Source of the DNA: Ginglymostoma cirratum
Taxonomy: Eukaryota
Length of the DNA: 57,562 nucleotides
NCBI GenBank assembly: GCA_024137785.1
Contig: JAHRHZ010000025.1
Span: 30,649,624 to 30,707,185, forward strand
Direction of reading: 5' to 3'
The notes beneath the pieces are model-generated. The model had not been told where the DNA came from. It was given only the letters and a program-made list of their open reading frames with translations, and did no database searches. Shown piece after piece: positions 36,607 to 50,035 of this stretch. Numbering within the stretch: the first letter of the stretch is position 1; each line of letters begins with the position of its first letter. Both the position numbers and the translations under genes were made by a program.

Positions 36607-37694
36607 ATAGTCTAACTTTCCCGAATAACTGCTTACTTCAGCAAAAACCTCTGAATGAAATGGATACTTTACGAGGTTTCCAAGAGTAGTTGAATGGTCA
36701 AACAGAATCTTCAATTTCCCGGACAAATGTTATGCATATCTCCCACCCATGAATGATTATCTGGCCATTTGAAAATCCAGGCTAATATTTCAGGGTCCTG
36801 AGTTCAACTCGGGGTGATAAAGAAAGTTTGAGATATCAATGATCAGTCACATTGACTCAGTTTCTCCCTACAAAGGTGCTGCTTTATCTGCTCAGTCTGA
36901 CAGCGATTGTTCATTTTTACTGCAGAGTTAGATCAATCAGAAGATCACACCATGGTCTTTAGATTTCAAGGGGACAACTTGGCCATTGTTCCTATATTTC
37001 CTTCATGCTCATGTATTTTTGCCAATCAAGTACATTTCGCACCCAAGTAGCATTTTCAGTGAAACCTTAAAAGTGCTATCTTCATGACAGTGATGTATTT
37101 CATACAGTCAACTATGATGAAAACTCACGGATTTATGCATATACAATGTTTAGTGTTATTTGACCTAGTAGGTGGTGAATTTTCTGTGTGTCTGAAGTTA
37201 ACAATTAACCTGTAAGTGTTTTTTAGCCATGATGATTTATTTTGGCGATTTCTATTTTTATTTGTTTCTCATCTCCTTCAACAGTTTTCTTGGTTTAGAG
37301 CAGGAACCTTTCCTAATTTGGTACACAAATCTAAAATAAAGAAAAATAAAAAGGGTGTGACGTTTATCATATGAACCTTGGCATTCTTGCAATTGTACTG
37401 ATGAGTGGAAGACAAAATGCTTCAGCAGTATGTCTGCTTCTTTCAAAAACGTAAAGCAATGGGCCTTGGTTTGCTGAGGAAGAGGCTCACAGTTGATCCG
37501 TTTGGATTGGTTCAGCTTGGATCACAAAAGAGGAATGATCTGCACCACACAGTGTGTGGTTCCCAGCCTTCCTGCAGTCAGCTGACTCCTGAAATCCAAC
37601 TAGCATTTCCCTACCCCAGCTAAATGAGTTGCCCAATTTCAGTTCCTGTTGTTCATCGACGCGAAATGGTTCGGGCTCGGATTTGAGTTTCAGG

Positions 37695-37885
37695 ACAGAC
37701 TGGATAGGCTGGGCCTTTTTTTTCACCAGAGCACAGGAGGTTGAGGGGTGCCCTTATCGAGGTTTGTAAAATCATAAGGGGCATAGATAGGATGAATATG
37801 GGCCAAACATATTTTAATTTGGGAAACCTGGTCAACAAGGATGAGTTGGGCCGAATGGCTTGTTTCTGTGCAGTATGACTCTATC
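37695..37885 (+). mobile_element. CR1/HER1 3' end (internally deleted)
   Basis: Reads RRLRGALIEVCKIIRGIDR, followed by the tail ttgggccgaatggcttgtttctgtgcagtatgactctat. Confidence 0.8.
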
Positions 37886-37909
37886 TTCAGAACTGACTGC
37901 ATCACGTCT

Positions 37910-38270
37910 GTTCTCCATGTTTATCACATTTTCTACCCCTCCCTCCCTCACAATCATGTTATGTTTGTGTCTTGTTTTCTTCGTACTTAGTAAAAAGAAT
38001 AAAATTTCTCCCTTTCACATTTTAATTTACAGCCTTTTTACATTTCATTTCCTTTCCTTCTCCACAATTGATAACCCTCTCATGTTTTCCACTGGGCCTG
38101 TACACGACCTGTTTTCTTGGTCTTCCTGTTCCTCTGTCATAAGTATTCAAAAAAAAAAATTTCCAACACCTTTCAATTCTTTCAAGAGTCATACTCAAAA
38201 TATTAACTCTGTTTCTCTCTCCACAGATACTGCCATCTCTAGTTTCTGCAGCAATCTCTTTTTTTGTTAC
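37910..38270 (+). mobile_element. Old PLE 3' end remnant
   Basis: A pyrimidine-rich tract is followed by attaactctgtttctctctccacagatactgcc, matching the family B arm. Confidence 0.55.
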
Positions 38271-40062
38271 TTAAAGCTGAATATATTTACAGCTCCAAGA
38301 AGAACCTCTCTGCAGTTTCAGTCTAAAAATTGAAGCCAAAAGTGAATTAAACCTTACTAAGGTGTTAGATACAGGGACAGTATTGTACAAATGATGAATT
38401 AGATACTGTGTCTGCGGTGTATTTTAAATACTGTACAAAAGCTGATTTTGTTTTTCATTTTATCAAGGAGTGATTTGTGACTAGTGGGATTACACTTCGA
38501 GCATGTTTTTAAAATCGTTGAATTTGCATTTTAACTAGACAGTTTGGGTTATCTATTTCATCTCCATTTCTTTTATAATAAATTTCTGTTTTATTGCTAA
38601 AACAAAATCTGCAGCACTGCATGCTTATGTTCAAGTGAGAGACCACTTGGTTGAAATCAAAACAAATAAAAATATGATATATCAAGCCAGGTTTCCATTT
38701 GGGATCTGACTTGTCTGATAATAACATCAGCTGGGATCATAACACAACGTACACCCAATGAAACAAAATGCTCAAAGTGCCCAAACTCATTTCACTTAAG
38801 ACACATATAGCTGAGAGAGAGAGAGGAGAGGTATCAAGACTAAAGCATATTCTTTATTTCAGAACAATTCACCACACAGCAATGAGAAAGTGATTTATTT
38901 TCAGGACAAATCTATCAAGCTACGAATTGCATCTGATCAAGTGAACAATGGATGCTGAAGTCATCATGGCCTACTAAGCAATGCATTTACTGATCAAAAT
39001 ACACATTTATTTATTGAACAAAGATGGGGAAAAAAGTCATTACCTTAGCTGTATGTCTCAGAGCGTGTGCATCAACAAGCAAATTTGTTCTACAGATATA
39101 AATATTGTGAAGCAGACAGAAGCATCAGCATGTTTCATTTGCATTCCCACTGCACATTCTCCCATAAATCAACATTTCATTAAAACTGCTGGAAAAGGTC
39201 AGTCACATATTTTTCTTGGAATTTATTTCTATCTCATCTGCTGTAGTAAGTATGATAAGCAAAACCTTAACAACACATGCCAGAGAATCATGGGTAATCA
39301 TTGCTATTATTCAGTGAATGATGCACATCCAAATAAAACTGAAAATGTGTCTCCATTAGGAGCCCCATTGTATCGTGAGGTATTAGAAATGTATAGATTG
39401 GTCAGGGTTTTGTACAGTATGTATTTCAGTTTCTCAAAGGGAATGATTCACTGGTAATAACTGTTTTCCATGCACACTATACTCAGAAATCCAGGATTAA
39501 AAGATTAATTGAGAAAATGTATGTATCCCTTCCACAATCCGGACATAGGTGAAGATTTAAACCAATAAAAAGGTTGACTGGGGCATTAGGGCCTGTTGAA
39601 GTTTTGTAAATCAGGTTCCTGATGCAAAATCAACTCTATCTAAAGACTTCTGATTTTAACGAAAGTGACAATGAGGCTGAACGACCAATCTCCAGCAAGG
39701 ATATGAATATGATGTTTCCCAGTTTTAAACAGCTTGCAACTTCACGGAAGGCTGAGATTGCTCAGCCTCAGCTATTTCCAGGAGAGGATTTGGTAGAGCC
39801 AGTAAGTGAGGTACTCGCACAACAGGTCTCAGATCCAACCACACCTTTATTGAGGCTTGCTATTCCCTCAAACCCTAGGCCCCTGGCCTCATCACCAGGT
39901 CTTCAACTCTCCACCAACATAAACTCTGTGCTACTGGGCCTCTGAAATTTCCTTCAAGGCCTTCACTCCACCTAATTGCACCGAACGTGCACACCTATAT
40001 GTCCTGCATGTTCTCCACAAGTCTGCAATCTCCTCACTTCAGGCTTCCCATGCCAAAGCAGG

Positions 40063-40205
40063 AGTTCGAAAGAAATGTCATACCAGACTTCACATGTTAA
40101 CTCTATTTCTGCCTCCTCAGATGCTGCCATGCCAGACCAACAGAGTTTCTCCAGCATTCTCTGTGTTTGTTTCAGGTTTCCAGCAACCACAGTAATTTGG
40201 TTTGA
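40063..40205 (+). mobile_element. PLE terminal-repeat remnant (family B-like)
   Basis: gttaactctatttct...cagatgctgcc...ccagcattctctgtgtttgtttcaggtttccagca. Confidence 0.65.
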
Positions 40206-40749
40206 TTTGAAGGTTTGGATCATTCCTTTCATGGGAGTGAAGCAAAGGTTGTATCGACAGTGGGTCCTAAACCTGCCCTGGGGGTAACTACCACTTTTTG
40301 GGATTTTCACAAGTATACCTTCTTAACTCTGCTTGGAAACAGTTTCTCTATCCAGTAAAGATTGCCAAGAGATCTTCCACCTTTAGAGTAGCAGCAGTAT
40401 GCAATATGAGGTATGTATGGATGTGGTTGGCTAAACAAGGAGGCAACAAGCTCTCTCCACCTCTATTAGTTCTTAAGAATGTACTTAGCAGCCAGGCTAC
40501 CACCATAGTGAGGTGAATGAGCTCTCATTGGCCTCCTGTACTCAGTCAAGTAGGAAGGGCCTTTCAGTTTATCTGGGGTGATGGCCTCTCAGCCTACCAC
40601 TGGGCACAAGCCTCCAGAGAGTAAATCAAATCCTAAACTGGTGCAAGAACACAGAAGCTGCCAGGGAACATTCTTAATTGGCTTCAATTAAGTCTTTAAG
40701 TGTGGGTAACCCTGCAGGTCCTGTCGCCACCTCCAAAACACTGGTCCAG

Positions 40750-41005
40750 AGAAGCACAGAAACATGGGAAATAGGAGAAACAGTAGGCCATTCGGCACTT
40801 CCAGCCTGCTTCGACATTTAATATGATCACAGCTGACCATCCTGCTCCTACTCTGCTCCAGCTTTCCCCCTATCCCTTTGGATCCCTTTAGCCCTAAGAA
40901 CCATATCTGGCTCCTGCTTGAAACATTCAATCCTTTATCTCATCTGCTTTCTGTGTCAGACAGTTCCACAGAGTCCCCATGCTCTGAGTGAAGAAATTTC
41001 TTCTC
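40750..41005 (-). mobile_element. CR1 3' end
   Basis: Antisense CR1 tail gtaggccattcggc...ctctgagtgaagaaatttcttctc. Confidence 0.75.
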
Positions 41006-41864
41006 AGTCCAAAATCACCCACCCCATGTCTTTAGACTGTTTTGGACACACTGGTCACAAGGGAGAGATCATCCAGAGATGGAGCGAAGCTGAAAATTGG
41101 CATGCTGGCTGGTGAGACAAATTTTCTGCCCCAATAAGCTCCAATTGCATCCCTGAGTCACAGGAAGGTCTGACTGAACAAACACTCAGTCCGTGTTCTG
41201 GTTTCACCTGCCAATTGAATATGCTTATGGTGGGTTTACAAGATTCTACACATTTTATTCATTTGAGTTGTTGACGTACTTTGCAAAAATATATCAACAT
41301 AACCTTAATTTAAAATAATATATTGAAGGAAGTGGAATTAACATAGGCATTTGCGAACATTAATCTTGGATGATATGATCTCACTGTCAAAAATATCTCT
41401 GTCTGCAGTAGAAACAAAAGAAAGATTCAACAATATTTTTAAAATTATATATCAATAAGAGATTCAACAGAATGAACAGCCAAGACAAAATAATCCAAAT
41501 GATTTCCCGAAGAAGTTAAGTGAAGGTCAGTAGCAATATCTGTCACACAAGCACACACTTCCAATGCCACATAAATTGAAGTTTTTAAATTACATGTTGA
41601 GTGCAAACAAAGGTAATGTAAATGCAACCTGATGGTTACGCCACAGTAAGTTCCAAACATACATTTCACTTTTATTTTATGAAACTGTGTTTTGTGGCAC
41701 ATTTGCTTCAGTTGAATAAATATTAACACAATTTTGATTAAAAGAAATTGGTTCTTTCTTTGAGCTAATCAGCACTTGAGTTAATTAACAGGTCTGAATT
41801 TTGATCTTCAAAGACAAGCAATTAAAGATTTACTCTCCACGTTTTGTAAGAAATTGTGACAAAA

Positions 41865-42900
41865 GAATGGTCTGAAGCATCAGGGATACTTATTACTTGC
41901 TATAAAACCATATAAAACACACAGAGATGAACTGACAACTCAAGATGGCATCTGGTACAAAGGGGATAGAGTCATTTCCCTATTCAGTTGAGTGGAGTGA
42001 TGCTAAAACAAATCCGTGCTTGCCACCAAGGAAATGAGTCAAGTCTGATGAAAGCAAGAGGTGTGTTTTACAGGCCAAACATGAAATCAAGGACCAAGTC
42101 ATCCAGTGCAATACTTGCAAGAAGTACCAATCTAAGCAAGCTAGAGATCCACAATTGATATATGAGATCCCGAGAGGCCATGGATGAAACTGGAAGCAGA
42201 TCTCTTCACACTTACAGGAACTGATTGTCTCGTCACCGCAGATTACTATTCTGACAACAGAGTGGTGGACTAGCAGACTCCAGCGACTGTCAATGAGACT
42301 GGCCAATGTCCAACAGCTCAGTTCAGCTGTTGCAGCATTCTCAACATGGTGATCAATGACAACAGCCCTTAGTTCACATGTGAAGCATTCAGCTGCTTCA
42401 TACATGATTGGGAAATTCAACGCCATACAGCATTTCCACGTTACCTCAAATCAAATGGAAAGGCTGAAATGGCAGTAAAAATTGCCACGGATATAAAAGA
42501 AATTGAGCAAATACATCACAAGGCAATCCCCGCGAGTGGAGAAACACACCTACAATAGATGTCTAAAGTAATCCAACGCAAAGACTAATGTTACAGTGCA
42601 CACCAGCTACGCTTGCAATAACAAAACCATTATTGAAGCCAAGAGTAGTAACACTTGTGAGTGACAATTCAAGGTGAAATGGCAGAAGTTTCATTTTGCC
42701 AAATCATGGCTGGAGTTCAGCAAGGGTGACCCAGTCAGAAAAGAATCCTCATTTTTTTTTAACAAAAGTAAGTCCACTTATCAACTCGGGACTTCCTCTG
42801 GATAAGTATCACCTTGATCATACACAGTGAAACTGAACCATCAGATATAGTCACAACTGCAGGAACATATGCACAACTGGAGAAGTTGTTTCTCAACTGA
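41865..42900 (+). mobile_element. Decayed Gypsy-type LTR retrotransposon integrase region
   Basis: Frameshifted motifs RDELTTQDGIWYKGDRVI, CNTCKKYQ, ADLFT...LVTADYYS, NDNSP.F and SNGKAEMAVK. Confidence 0.85.
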
Positions 42901-43367
42901 TGTTCACTGATCAGGAGGAAATGAATTCACCACTTGAACAGTCCATAGACACTGGGGGCCAATTAACAAACAAACAACAAGTGAACAACATGCCCTGGGG
43001 AGAAAAAAATTACTCAGATGAACTGAGTAAAACAATTCATACAAACACCATTTAGAGACCAGCTCAATTCAAATACTATGCTTGCAATGTACTTGTAAAG
43101 ACTGACAAGAATAACAAACTGCAAATACATGAGAATTGTTATGTCAATATTGTGTAATTTGGGTAACTCAAAATGTACACAATAATATGTGCAATTTCTT
43201 TTATACAGAAAGTAAATGCTTGGATTAAAATCTATGTTCATGTATTTAAATGTATGTACAAAATATCATGTACAAATGTACTTGCTGGTCTGTCGTCATT
43301 TGGTGATCTCTTACTGTGAATCACACAAACTCCAAGCAGCCATCTTTAAGGCACATCAATAAAGACT

Positions 43368-46240
43368 TAGAACATAGAACTGTACAGCACAGGAACGGGA
43401 CCTTCAGCCCATGATGTTGCGCCACACACAATACCAAATTAAGCCAATCCCTTCTGCCTGCCCTTGGTCCATATTCCTTCATTCCTTGCATATTCATGTG
43501 CCTGCATAAAAGTCCCTTAAATGCCCCTACTGTATCTGCTTCCACCACTATCCCTGGCAGCACGTTCCACATTCCAACCATTCTCTGTGTAAAAAAACTT
43601 GCCCCTCACATCTCCTTTGAACTTTCCCCCTCTCACCTTAAATGCATGCCCTGTAGTATTAGACTTTGCAATTCTGGGAAAAAGATTCTGACCCTGTCGA
43701 TGCATATCATAATTTTATAGACTTCTACCAAGTCCCCCTTCAGCCTCTGCTGCTCCAGAGAAAACAACCCAAGTTTTTTATAGCCTTTCCTTATAGCTCA
43801 TACCCTCTAATCCATGCAGCTTCCTGATAAACCTCTTCTGCACCCTCTGCATCCTTGCTGTAATGTGGTAACCAGAAATGAATGCAATACCCTAAATATG
43901 GCCTAACCAAAGTCTGATAAATCTGCAAAATGACATCCTGACTCTTGTACTCAATACCCCAACCAATAAAGGCAAGCATGACATATGCCTTCTTTACTAC
44001 CCTAACTACTTGTGTGGCCACTTTCAGAGAGCTATGGACTTGAATCCCAAGACCCCTCTGTACGTCAATGCTGTTCAGGGTCCTGTCATTAACTGTGTAC
44101 TTTTCCTTAACATTTGACCTCCCAGACTGCAACACCTCACACTTACCTGGATTAAACTCCATCTGCCATTTCTCCACCCGTATCTGCAACTGATCTCTAT
44201 CCTGCTGTTTCCTTTGACAACTTTCTACACTATCCACAACTTCACTGATCTTTGTATCATCTGCAAACTTACTAATCCACGCATCAACATTTTCATGCAA
44301 GTCATTTGTATTTTTCACAAGCAGCTGAAGTCCTAGTATGGATCCCTGCAGGACCCCATTCATCACAGATCTCCAGCCTGAAAAACACTCTTCCACCACT
44401 ACCCTCTACTGTCTATGTGTAAGCCAATTCTGAATCCATATGGCCATGTCACTGTGGATCCCATGCACCTTAATGTTCTGGATGATTCTACCATGAGGGA
44501 CCTTGTCAAAAACCTTACTAAAATCCACGTAGACAACATCCACTGCTCTACTCTTGACCTCCTTGAAAAATTCAATCAAGTTAATAGGATATGACCTGCC
44601 CCACATAGAGCCATGCTGACTGTCCCTAATTAGGCCATCCTTTTCCAAATGCACATAAATCCTACGTGTAAGAATTCTTTCCAATAGCTTCCCAACTGTC
44701 GATGTGAGACTCACTGGTCTAGAGTTTCCTAAATTATCCCTATTTCCTGTCTTGAACACAAGAACAACATTAGCTACTTGCCAGTCCTCCAGGGTGTCTC
44801 CGGTGGCTAACGAGGATACAAAGATCTTGGTCAAGGCCCCAGAAATCTCCTCTCTTGCCTCTTTCAATAACCTGGGATAGATACCTCCAGGGTGTGAGGA
44901 CTTATCCACCCTAATGTTTTTCAAGAGACCAAATACCACTTCTTTCCCTAGCATATTAACATGCTTTACACAAATTTCACTATCCTCCATCTCCTTCTCC
45001 TGGGTGAATAGTGACACAAAATATTAATTTATGGTCTTGCCCACTTCCTCTGCCTCCAAGCACAAGTTTCCTCCTTTATCTTTGAGTAATCCTAGTTATC
45101 CTCTTAATTTTAATGCATGTATAGAATGCCTTGGGATTCTCTTTAATCGTACTTGCCAAGATCATTTCATGGTCCCGTCTTGCTCCCCTAATTCTCTTCT
45201 TGAGTTCTGTCCTGTTTTCTTTACATTCCTCATGGGCTCCGTTCAATTTTAGCTTCCTAAATCTTACATATGCTCCTTTGTTCCTTTTGACTAAATTCAC
45301 AACTTCCATCATCCAATGGTCACGTACCTTGCCATCCTCATCCTTCTTCCTTACTGGAACATACCAGTCCTGAACTCTGATCACTAGTTCTTTAAACAAC
45401 TCCCTCATGTCAAATGTGGATTTGTCAATAACAGCCCCTCCCAATTAAGACTCCCTAGCTTTTGACTAATACTAATGTAATTTGCCCTCCCCCAATTTAG
45501 TACCTTTTCGCGTGGTCGTGACTTATCCTTATTCATAGCTATTTTAAAACTTGAGGAGTTATGACCACTGTTTCCAAAATGCTCTCCCACTGAAAGGTCA
45601 GTCACCTGGCTCATTAGCCAATATAAGATCCAGTATGACCCCTCTTCTAGTTGGACTATCCACATACAATTTCAAGAAACCCTCTTGGACGCACTTGACA
45701 CATTCTGCCTTGTTTAAGCCTTTTGCTCTAAGGGTGTCCCAATCAATATTGGGGAAGTTAAAGTCACCCACTATGAAAACCCTGTTGCTATTGCATTTTT
45801 CCATAATCTGTCGACATATTTATTCCTCAATGACTCGGGGGCTTTTGGGGAGCCTATAGTGTAAGTTTGTCACAGTGATTGCACCCATCTTATTTTTGAG
45901 CTCAACCCATTTTGCCTCAGTGGATGAGCCCTCCAGTACATCCGCTCTGAGTGTAGATGTGACATTCTCTCTGATTAGTAAAGCAACTCCTCCACCTCTT
46001 TTACCTTCCTTTTTATCTTTTATAAAACAAAAAAAACCCTGGAACATTGAGCAGCCAGTCCTGTGCCTCTATCAACCAAGTCTCTGTAACGGCCACAACA
46101 TCATAGTCACATGCACTGATCCGGGGTCTAAGCTCATCTGCCTCACCTATAATACTCCTTGCCTTGAAACAAGCACACTTCAGCCCATTAATACCATTGC
46201 GTTCATTTACCCGTCTCTGCCTGTCCTTCCTTTCTGACTT
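43368..46240 (-). mobile_element. CR1/HER1 LINE with near-complete but disrupted ORF2 (APE and RT) and 3' tail
   Basis: Consecutive ORF fragments contain VAVTETWL, GGGVALLIRE, IVGDFNFPNIDW, NSRPVSLTS, DFSKVFDKVPH and KFADDTK; (ttctatg)n tail. Confidence 0.95.
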
Positions 46241-46307
46241 AATGGGAGGGAGTTAACAGGTAGGCATGTCTAACTTTGGTCTGGTAAAATACAAATGCTG
46301 ATCGTTT

Positions 46308-46725
46308 AGAACATAGAGAACATAGAACATAGAACAATACAGCACAGAACAGGCCCTTCGGCCCTCGATGTTGCGCCGCCCTGTGAACTAATCTAAGCCC
46401 ATCCCCCTACACTATCCCATCATAATCCATATGCTTATCCAAGGACTGTTTAAATGCCCCTAATGTGGCTTAGTTAACTACATTGGCAGGCAGGGCATTC
46501 CACGCCCTTACCACTCTCTGAGTAAAGAACCTGCCTCTGACATCTGTCTTAAATCTATCACCCCTCAATTTGCAGCTATGCCCCCTCATACTAGCCGACG
46601 TCATCATCCTCGGAAAAAGACTCTCACTGTCCACCCTATCTAATCCTCTGATCATTTTGTAGGTCTCTATTAAATCCCCTCTTAGCCTTCTTCTCTCCAA
46701 TGAGAACAGACCCAAGTCCCTCAGT
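46308..46725 (-). mobile_element. Younger 5'-truncated CR1/HER1 3' end
   Basis: ORF 46470-46715 reads GLFSLERRRLRGDLIETYK...FFTQRVVRAWNALP; (ttctatg)n tail. Confidence 0.93.
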
Positions 46726-47144
46726 CTTGTTTACATACAAGCTATCCCATTCCAATGTATGTGGCGGAACATCGCACAAATTAAGGTGGTAGCCTATTGT
46801 TTTCTACAATATCCCATCCACAGGAAGATACTGGTTCATTCTAGCAGCATCAATAATCAGCAGGACTTGGTCACATCGTTGCACCAGCAGATTGTTGGAA
46901 TAGATTTGTTGCAAATTAAATGACAGGCTGTCAACATCTTGCTATTTCAGTGTCATACTGGGGACGTACTGTACCATGACAAATACAGTCTTGTGGGTGA
47001 GACATGAAATCCAGCTTGCTTCAGCTTGTTCAAGTCATTGCAATAGACTATTTGTCTCCATTTATAAAAAGGGTCAATGGTGCTTACCAACATGCCTGTC
47101 TCAGGTAATATCATAAAAGGAATCTTCTGTTAATCACTTGGAGG

Positions 47145-47670
47145 AAACTGGTGGTGTGATGGCAATTTCACTGATTAGTAATCAAGTAACACAGGCCAAC
47201 CTTCTAGGCACATAGGTTTGAATCCCACCATGGTAGGTCATGAATTTAAATGAAATTAGAACAGTGGCATAATAGCAACCATGTTGATTGTCAGAAAAAA
47301 CACATCTTGTTTGTTAATTTTTCAAGTCAAGTCACCCTTCCTCATAACTCAACCCAAAACATTAACTCTGATTTCTCTTCACAGATGCTGCCAGACCTGA
47401 TGAGCTTTCCCAGCAATTTCTGTTTTTGTTTCTGAGTTACAGCATCCGCAATTCTTTCAGTCTTTGTTTGCTAAAGTTCTTCAGAGAGGAAAAACTGCAA
47501 TCCTTGCCTGGTCTGGCCTATATGTGACACCAGGCCAATTGACATGTGGTCGATACATAAACTGGTGATTCTCAGAAATGACTCTTAACTTCCCTCGGGG
47601 GAATTACAGATGGGCAATAAATGCTACCCTATGCAGCGACACCCACATGTCATGCATGAATAAAGGAAAA
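47145..47670 (+). mobile_element. tRNA-headed short non-autonomous element related to the 5' end of the 25060-27065 LINE
   Basis: A-box-like tggtgtgatgg (47152-47162), B-box-like ggtttgaatcc (47215-47225) and an A-rich end ggcaataaatgct...atgaataaaggaaaa. Confidence 0.7.
47320..47463 (+). mobile_element. PLE family B terminal fragment with collapsed hairpin centre
   Basis: cacccttcctca...aacattaactctgatttctcttcacagatgctgccagacctg plus tail; possible TSD ttgtttg(t/c)taa. Confidence 0.75.
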
Positions 47671-47802
47671 CGTGCTGTTTTGGAGCTGGCTATATGTACA
47701 GAACCTGCTACAATCATACACATAACAGTGATTGTACCTAAAGAAAGATTCCAGTAATTATAAATAATATTGGAAGGATTGTGATAACATTAGTGTTCAT
47801 CA

Positions 47803-48100
47803 TGGCTCAGCTAGTAATACTCTGGGTTTTGAGTGAGAAGGTTTGTGGGCCAAGTCTTGCCAGGGGACTTAGCCATAAATAAAGCTGAAGCTTTAGTCCA
47901 TTACTGAAGGTATGTGGCATTGTCTTTTGGAAAAGATATTTAAACCAATGTCCTGCATTCTCATTCAAGTGGATGTAAAAGATACCAAAGTGCTATCTTG
48001 AAGAAGAGCAGGTGACTCATCTCCATGCATTCTGCTAAATACTTATCCATCAATCAACATTGATAAAACATTATCTGGTCATTTTGACATTGTTATTTTT
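47803..48100 (+). mobile_element. DeuSINE (SacSINE1-like), interrupted at its 3' end by HE1
   Basis: tRNA-like head tggctcagctagta, then Deu domain gtggatgtaaaagatacc...tgaagaagagcagg...attatctggtcatt. Confidence 0.75.
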
Positions 48101-48402
48101 ATAGATCCCTACAGTGTGGAAACAGGCCCTTCGGCCCAACAAGTCCACACCAACCCTTGGAGCATCCCTCCTAGATCCATCCCCCTATAACCCACCTAAG
48201 GTACACATCCCTGAACTCTACAGGCAATTTAGCACGGCCAATCCACCTAACCTCCACATCCTTGGACGGTGGGAGGAAACCAGAGCACCCAGAGGAAACC
48301 TGCACAGGCACAAGGAGAACGTGCAAACTCCACACAGACAGTCGCCCGACGGTGGAATCTAACCTGGGTCCCTGGCGCTGTGAGGCAGCAGTGCTAACCG
48401 CT
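48101..48402 (-). mobile_element. HE1-type V-SINE
   Basis: Colinear with the other HE1 copies. Confidence 0.9.
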
Positions 48403-49935
48403 TGCTCTATCTCAAGCCTGAGAACAGTATGCAGCCATTGTTTAAATGTGCAGTAACGTTTCTAAGGCTCTCACATGTAGTTGCTAAACCAATTCAACCA
48501 TTTTGGCAGTAATCTCTAGTCAAAGCCTTGGTATTTGAAACTGATTGAGTCACAAGATTGTAGCTACTGTGAGAAAAAAAAAACTGTTCAAGTGGTATAA
48601 TGGCCAAAGGGCAATGATATTTCTTTCAGTACGATTCATAACGTAAATTAATGATTAGATATTGTCAGTTGTTATGCTGCAAATAAAGAGTTCTGTTTGT
48701 AGCCATGAATTGAACTTTAAGACGCCTGTTATTCTAAAATGAGCTGCACAATTCATAATAAAGCAAAAGAAGTTAAAATCTTTGCCACTTATGGAAAAAT
48801 GACAACTGTGCTTTCAATTTATAGCTCCATTTTGCAGGTATATCAGGAAAAGGCTGGAAAGCGGAACTAGTTGAGTTATTCTAATAGAAACAACTGGAAT
48901 TGATATAATGGGCAGAATCTTGCGGAGGCTTGAACAACAAGGTCTATGGTGAGAATTGTAGTCGAATCATGCAAGATGTTCAGTGAGGCATGTCTTGTCC
49001 TTGGGGACCACTTGCTGCATCTTTTTACTAAATTTCCAGAGTGGAGGTGAGATGCTCAATGGCAGTGGCAGGTTGCCTGTTAAAGGGGGATTACTGTTTC
49101 TTAACAACTTTATTGAAACATACCTCTTTTATTCACTTCCTACCCAACCACACGGCATGAGCAAACCAGATGTTGAGAATTTAACAACATGGAAATCAGA
49201 GCAAGCAGTTGGTGACTCTGCTTGATATTGGCTCTGAAGAACCTCCACACTGGTCACTTGTTTTCATTTTGTATTTTTACACTATGTCTCTATTTATATA
49301 CCCAACGATTCACAAGCTTTATTAACAGCTGTTTCAAGTTGCCTGGCCACCTTCAGAGAATGATGCACTTGAATCCCAAGGTCCCTAAGCTCCTGTACTC
49401 CCTTCAAGTGTGCTATTGAGCCTGGATTGTCTCTCAGTGTTTCTCCTACCAAGGTGCATTAGCTCACATTTCTCTGCATTGATATTAACCTGCCAGATGG
49501 TGTCTGCCCATTTGGCCAAATTGTCAATGTCCCTTGGAAGTTGCTCAGTGTCATCCTCACAATTCACTATTCTCCCAAGTTTCGTATCATCTGCACATTG
49601 AGAGATTTTGCCCTCATCAATCATCTCCATATCATTTATATAAATCAGAAAAAGCAAGGGCTCAAACGCAGATCCCTGGGAAACTTTTAACTTGTCTCCA
49701 ATCTGAGAAATGCCTTTCTATGCCTTCCCTCTTTCTCCTATCTTTTTAGCCAACTTCTAATGCATCAATCTCAAACATTTCTAATTGGTAACCAATCTGC
49801 CCATGTCGCACCATATCAATTGCTTTCTGAAAATCCAAATATACATTATTCATAGCACCACCCTCATTCACAGCCTTTATCATCTCAAAGAACTCAACTG
49901 AATTTGTCAAAAATGTCCTGCCCTTGACAAAGCCA

Positions 49936-50035
49936 ACAATGAAAACAGAAGTTGCTGGAAAAGTTCAGCAGGTCTGGCAGCATCTGTGAAGAGAAATCAG
50001 AGTTAACGTTTCTGGTCTGGTGACCTTTCCTCAGA
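49936..50035 (-). mobile_element. 100 bp single-arm PLE family B insertion with 9 bp TSD
   Basis: acaaagcca lies at 49927-49935 and 50036-50044. Removing the insert restores CR1 QHGFVKG. The element starts TCTGAGGA-AAGGTC-acca-GACCA-GAAACGTT. Confidence 0.9.

Noticed and set aside
37648-37662. 15 nt resembling 5.8S rRNA (gcgtcgatgaa.aac on the minus strand)
   Set aside because: It is too short and the flanks do not match rRNA.
38981-39457. 158 aa ORF in unique sequence
   Set aside because: It has no recognisable homology or splice context and a Cys/Ile-rich, non-coding-like composition; it is better explained as a regulatory island.
39622-39945. 107 aa ORF with protein-like composition
   Set aside because: It lies in what looks like a dispersed non-coding repeat, with no recognised domain or flanking splice signals.
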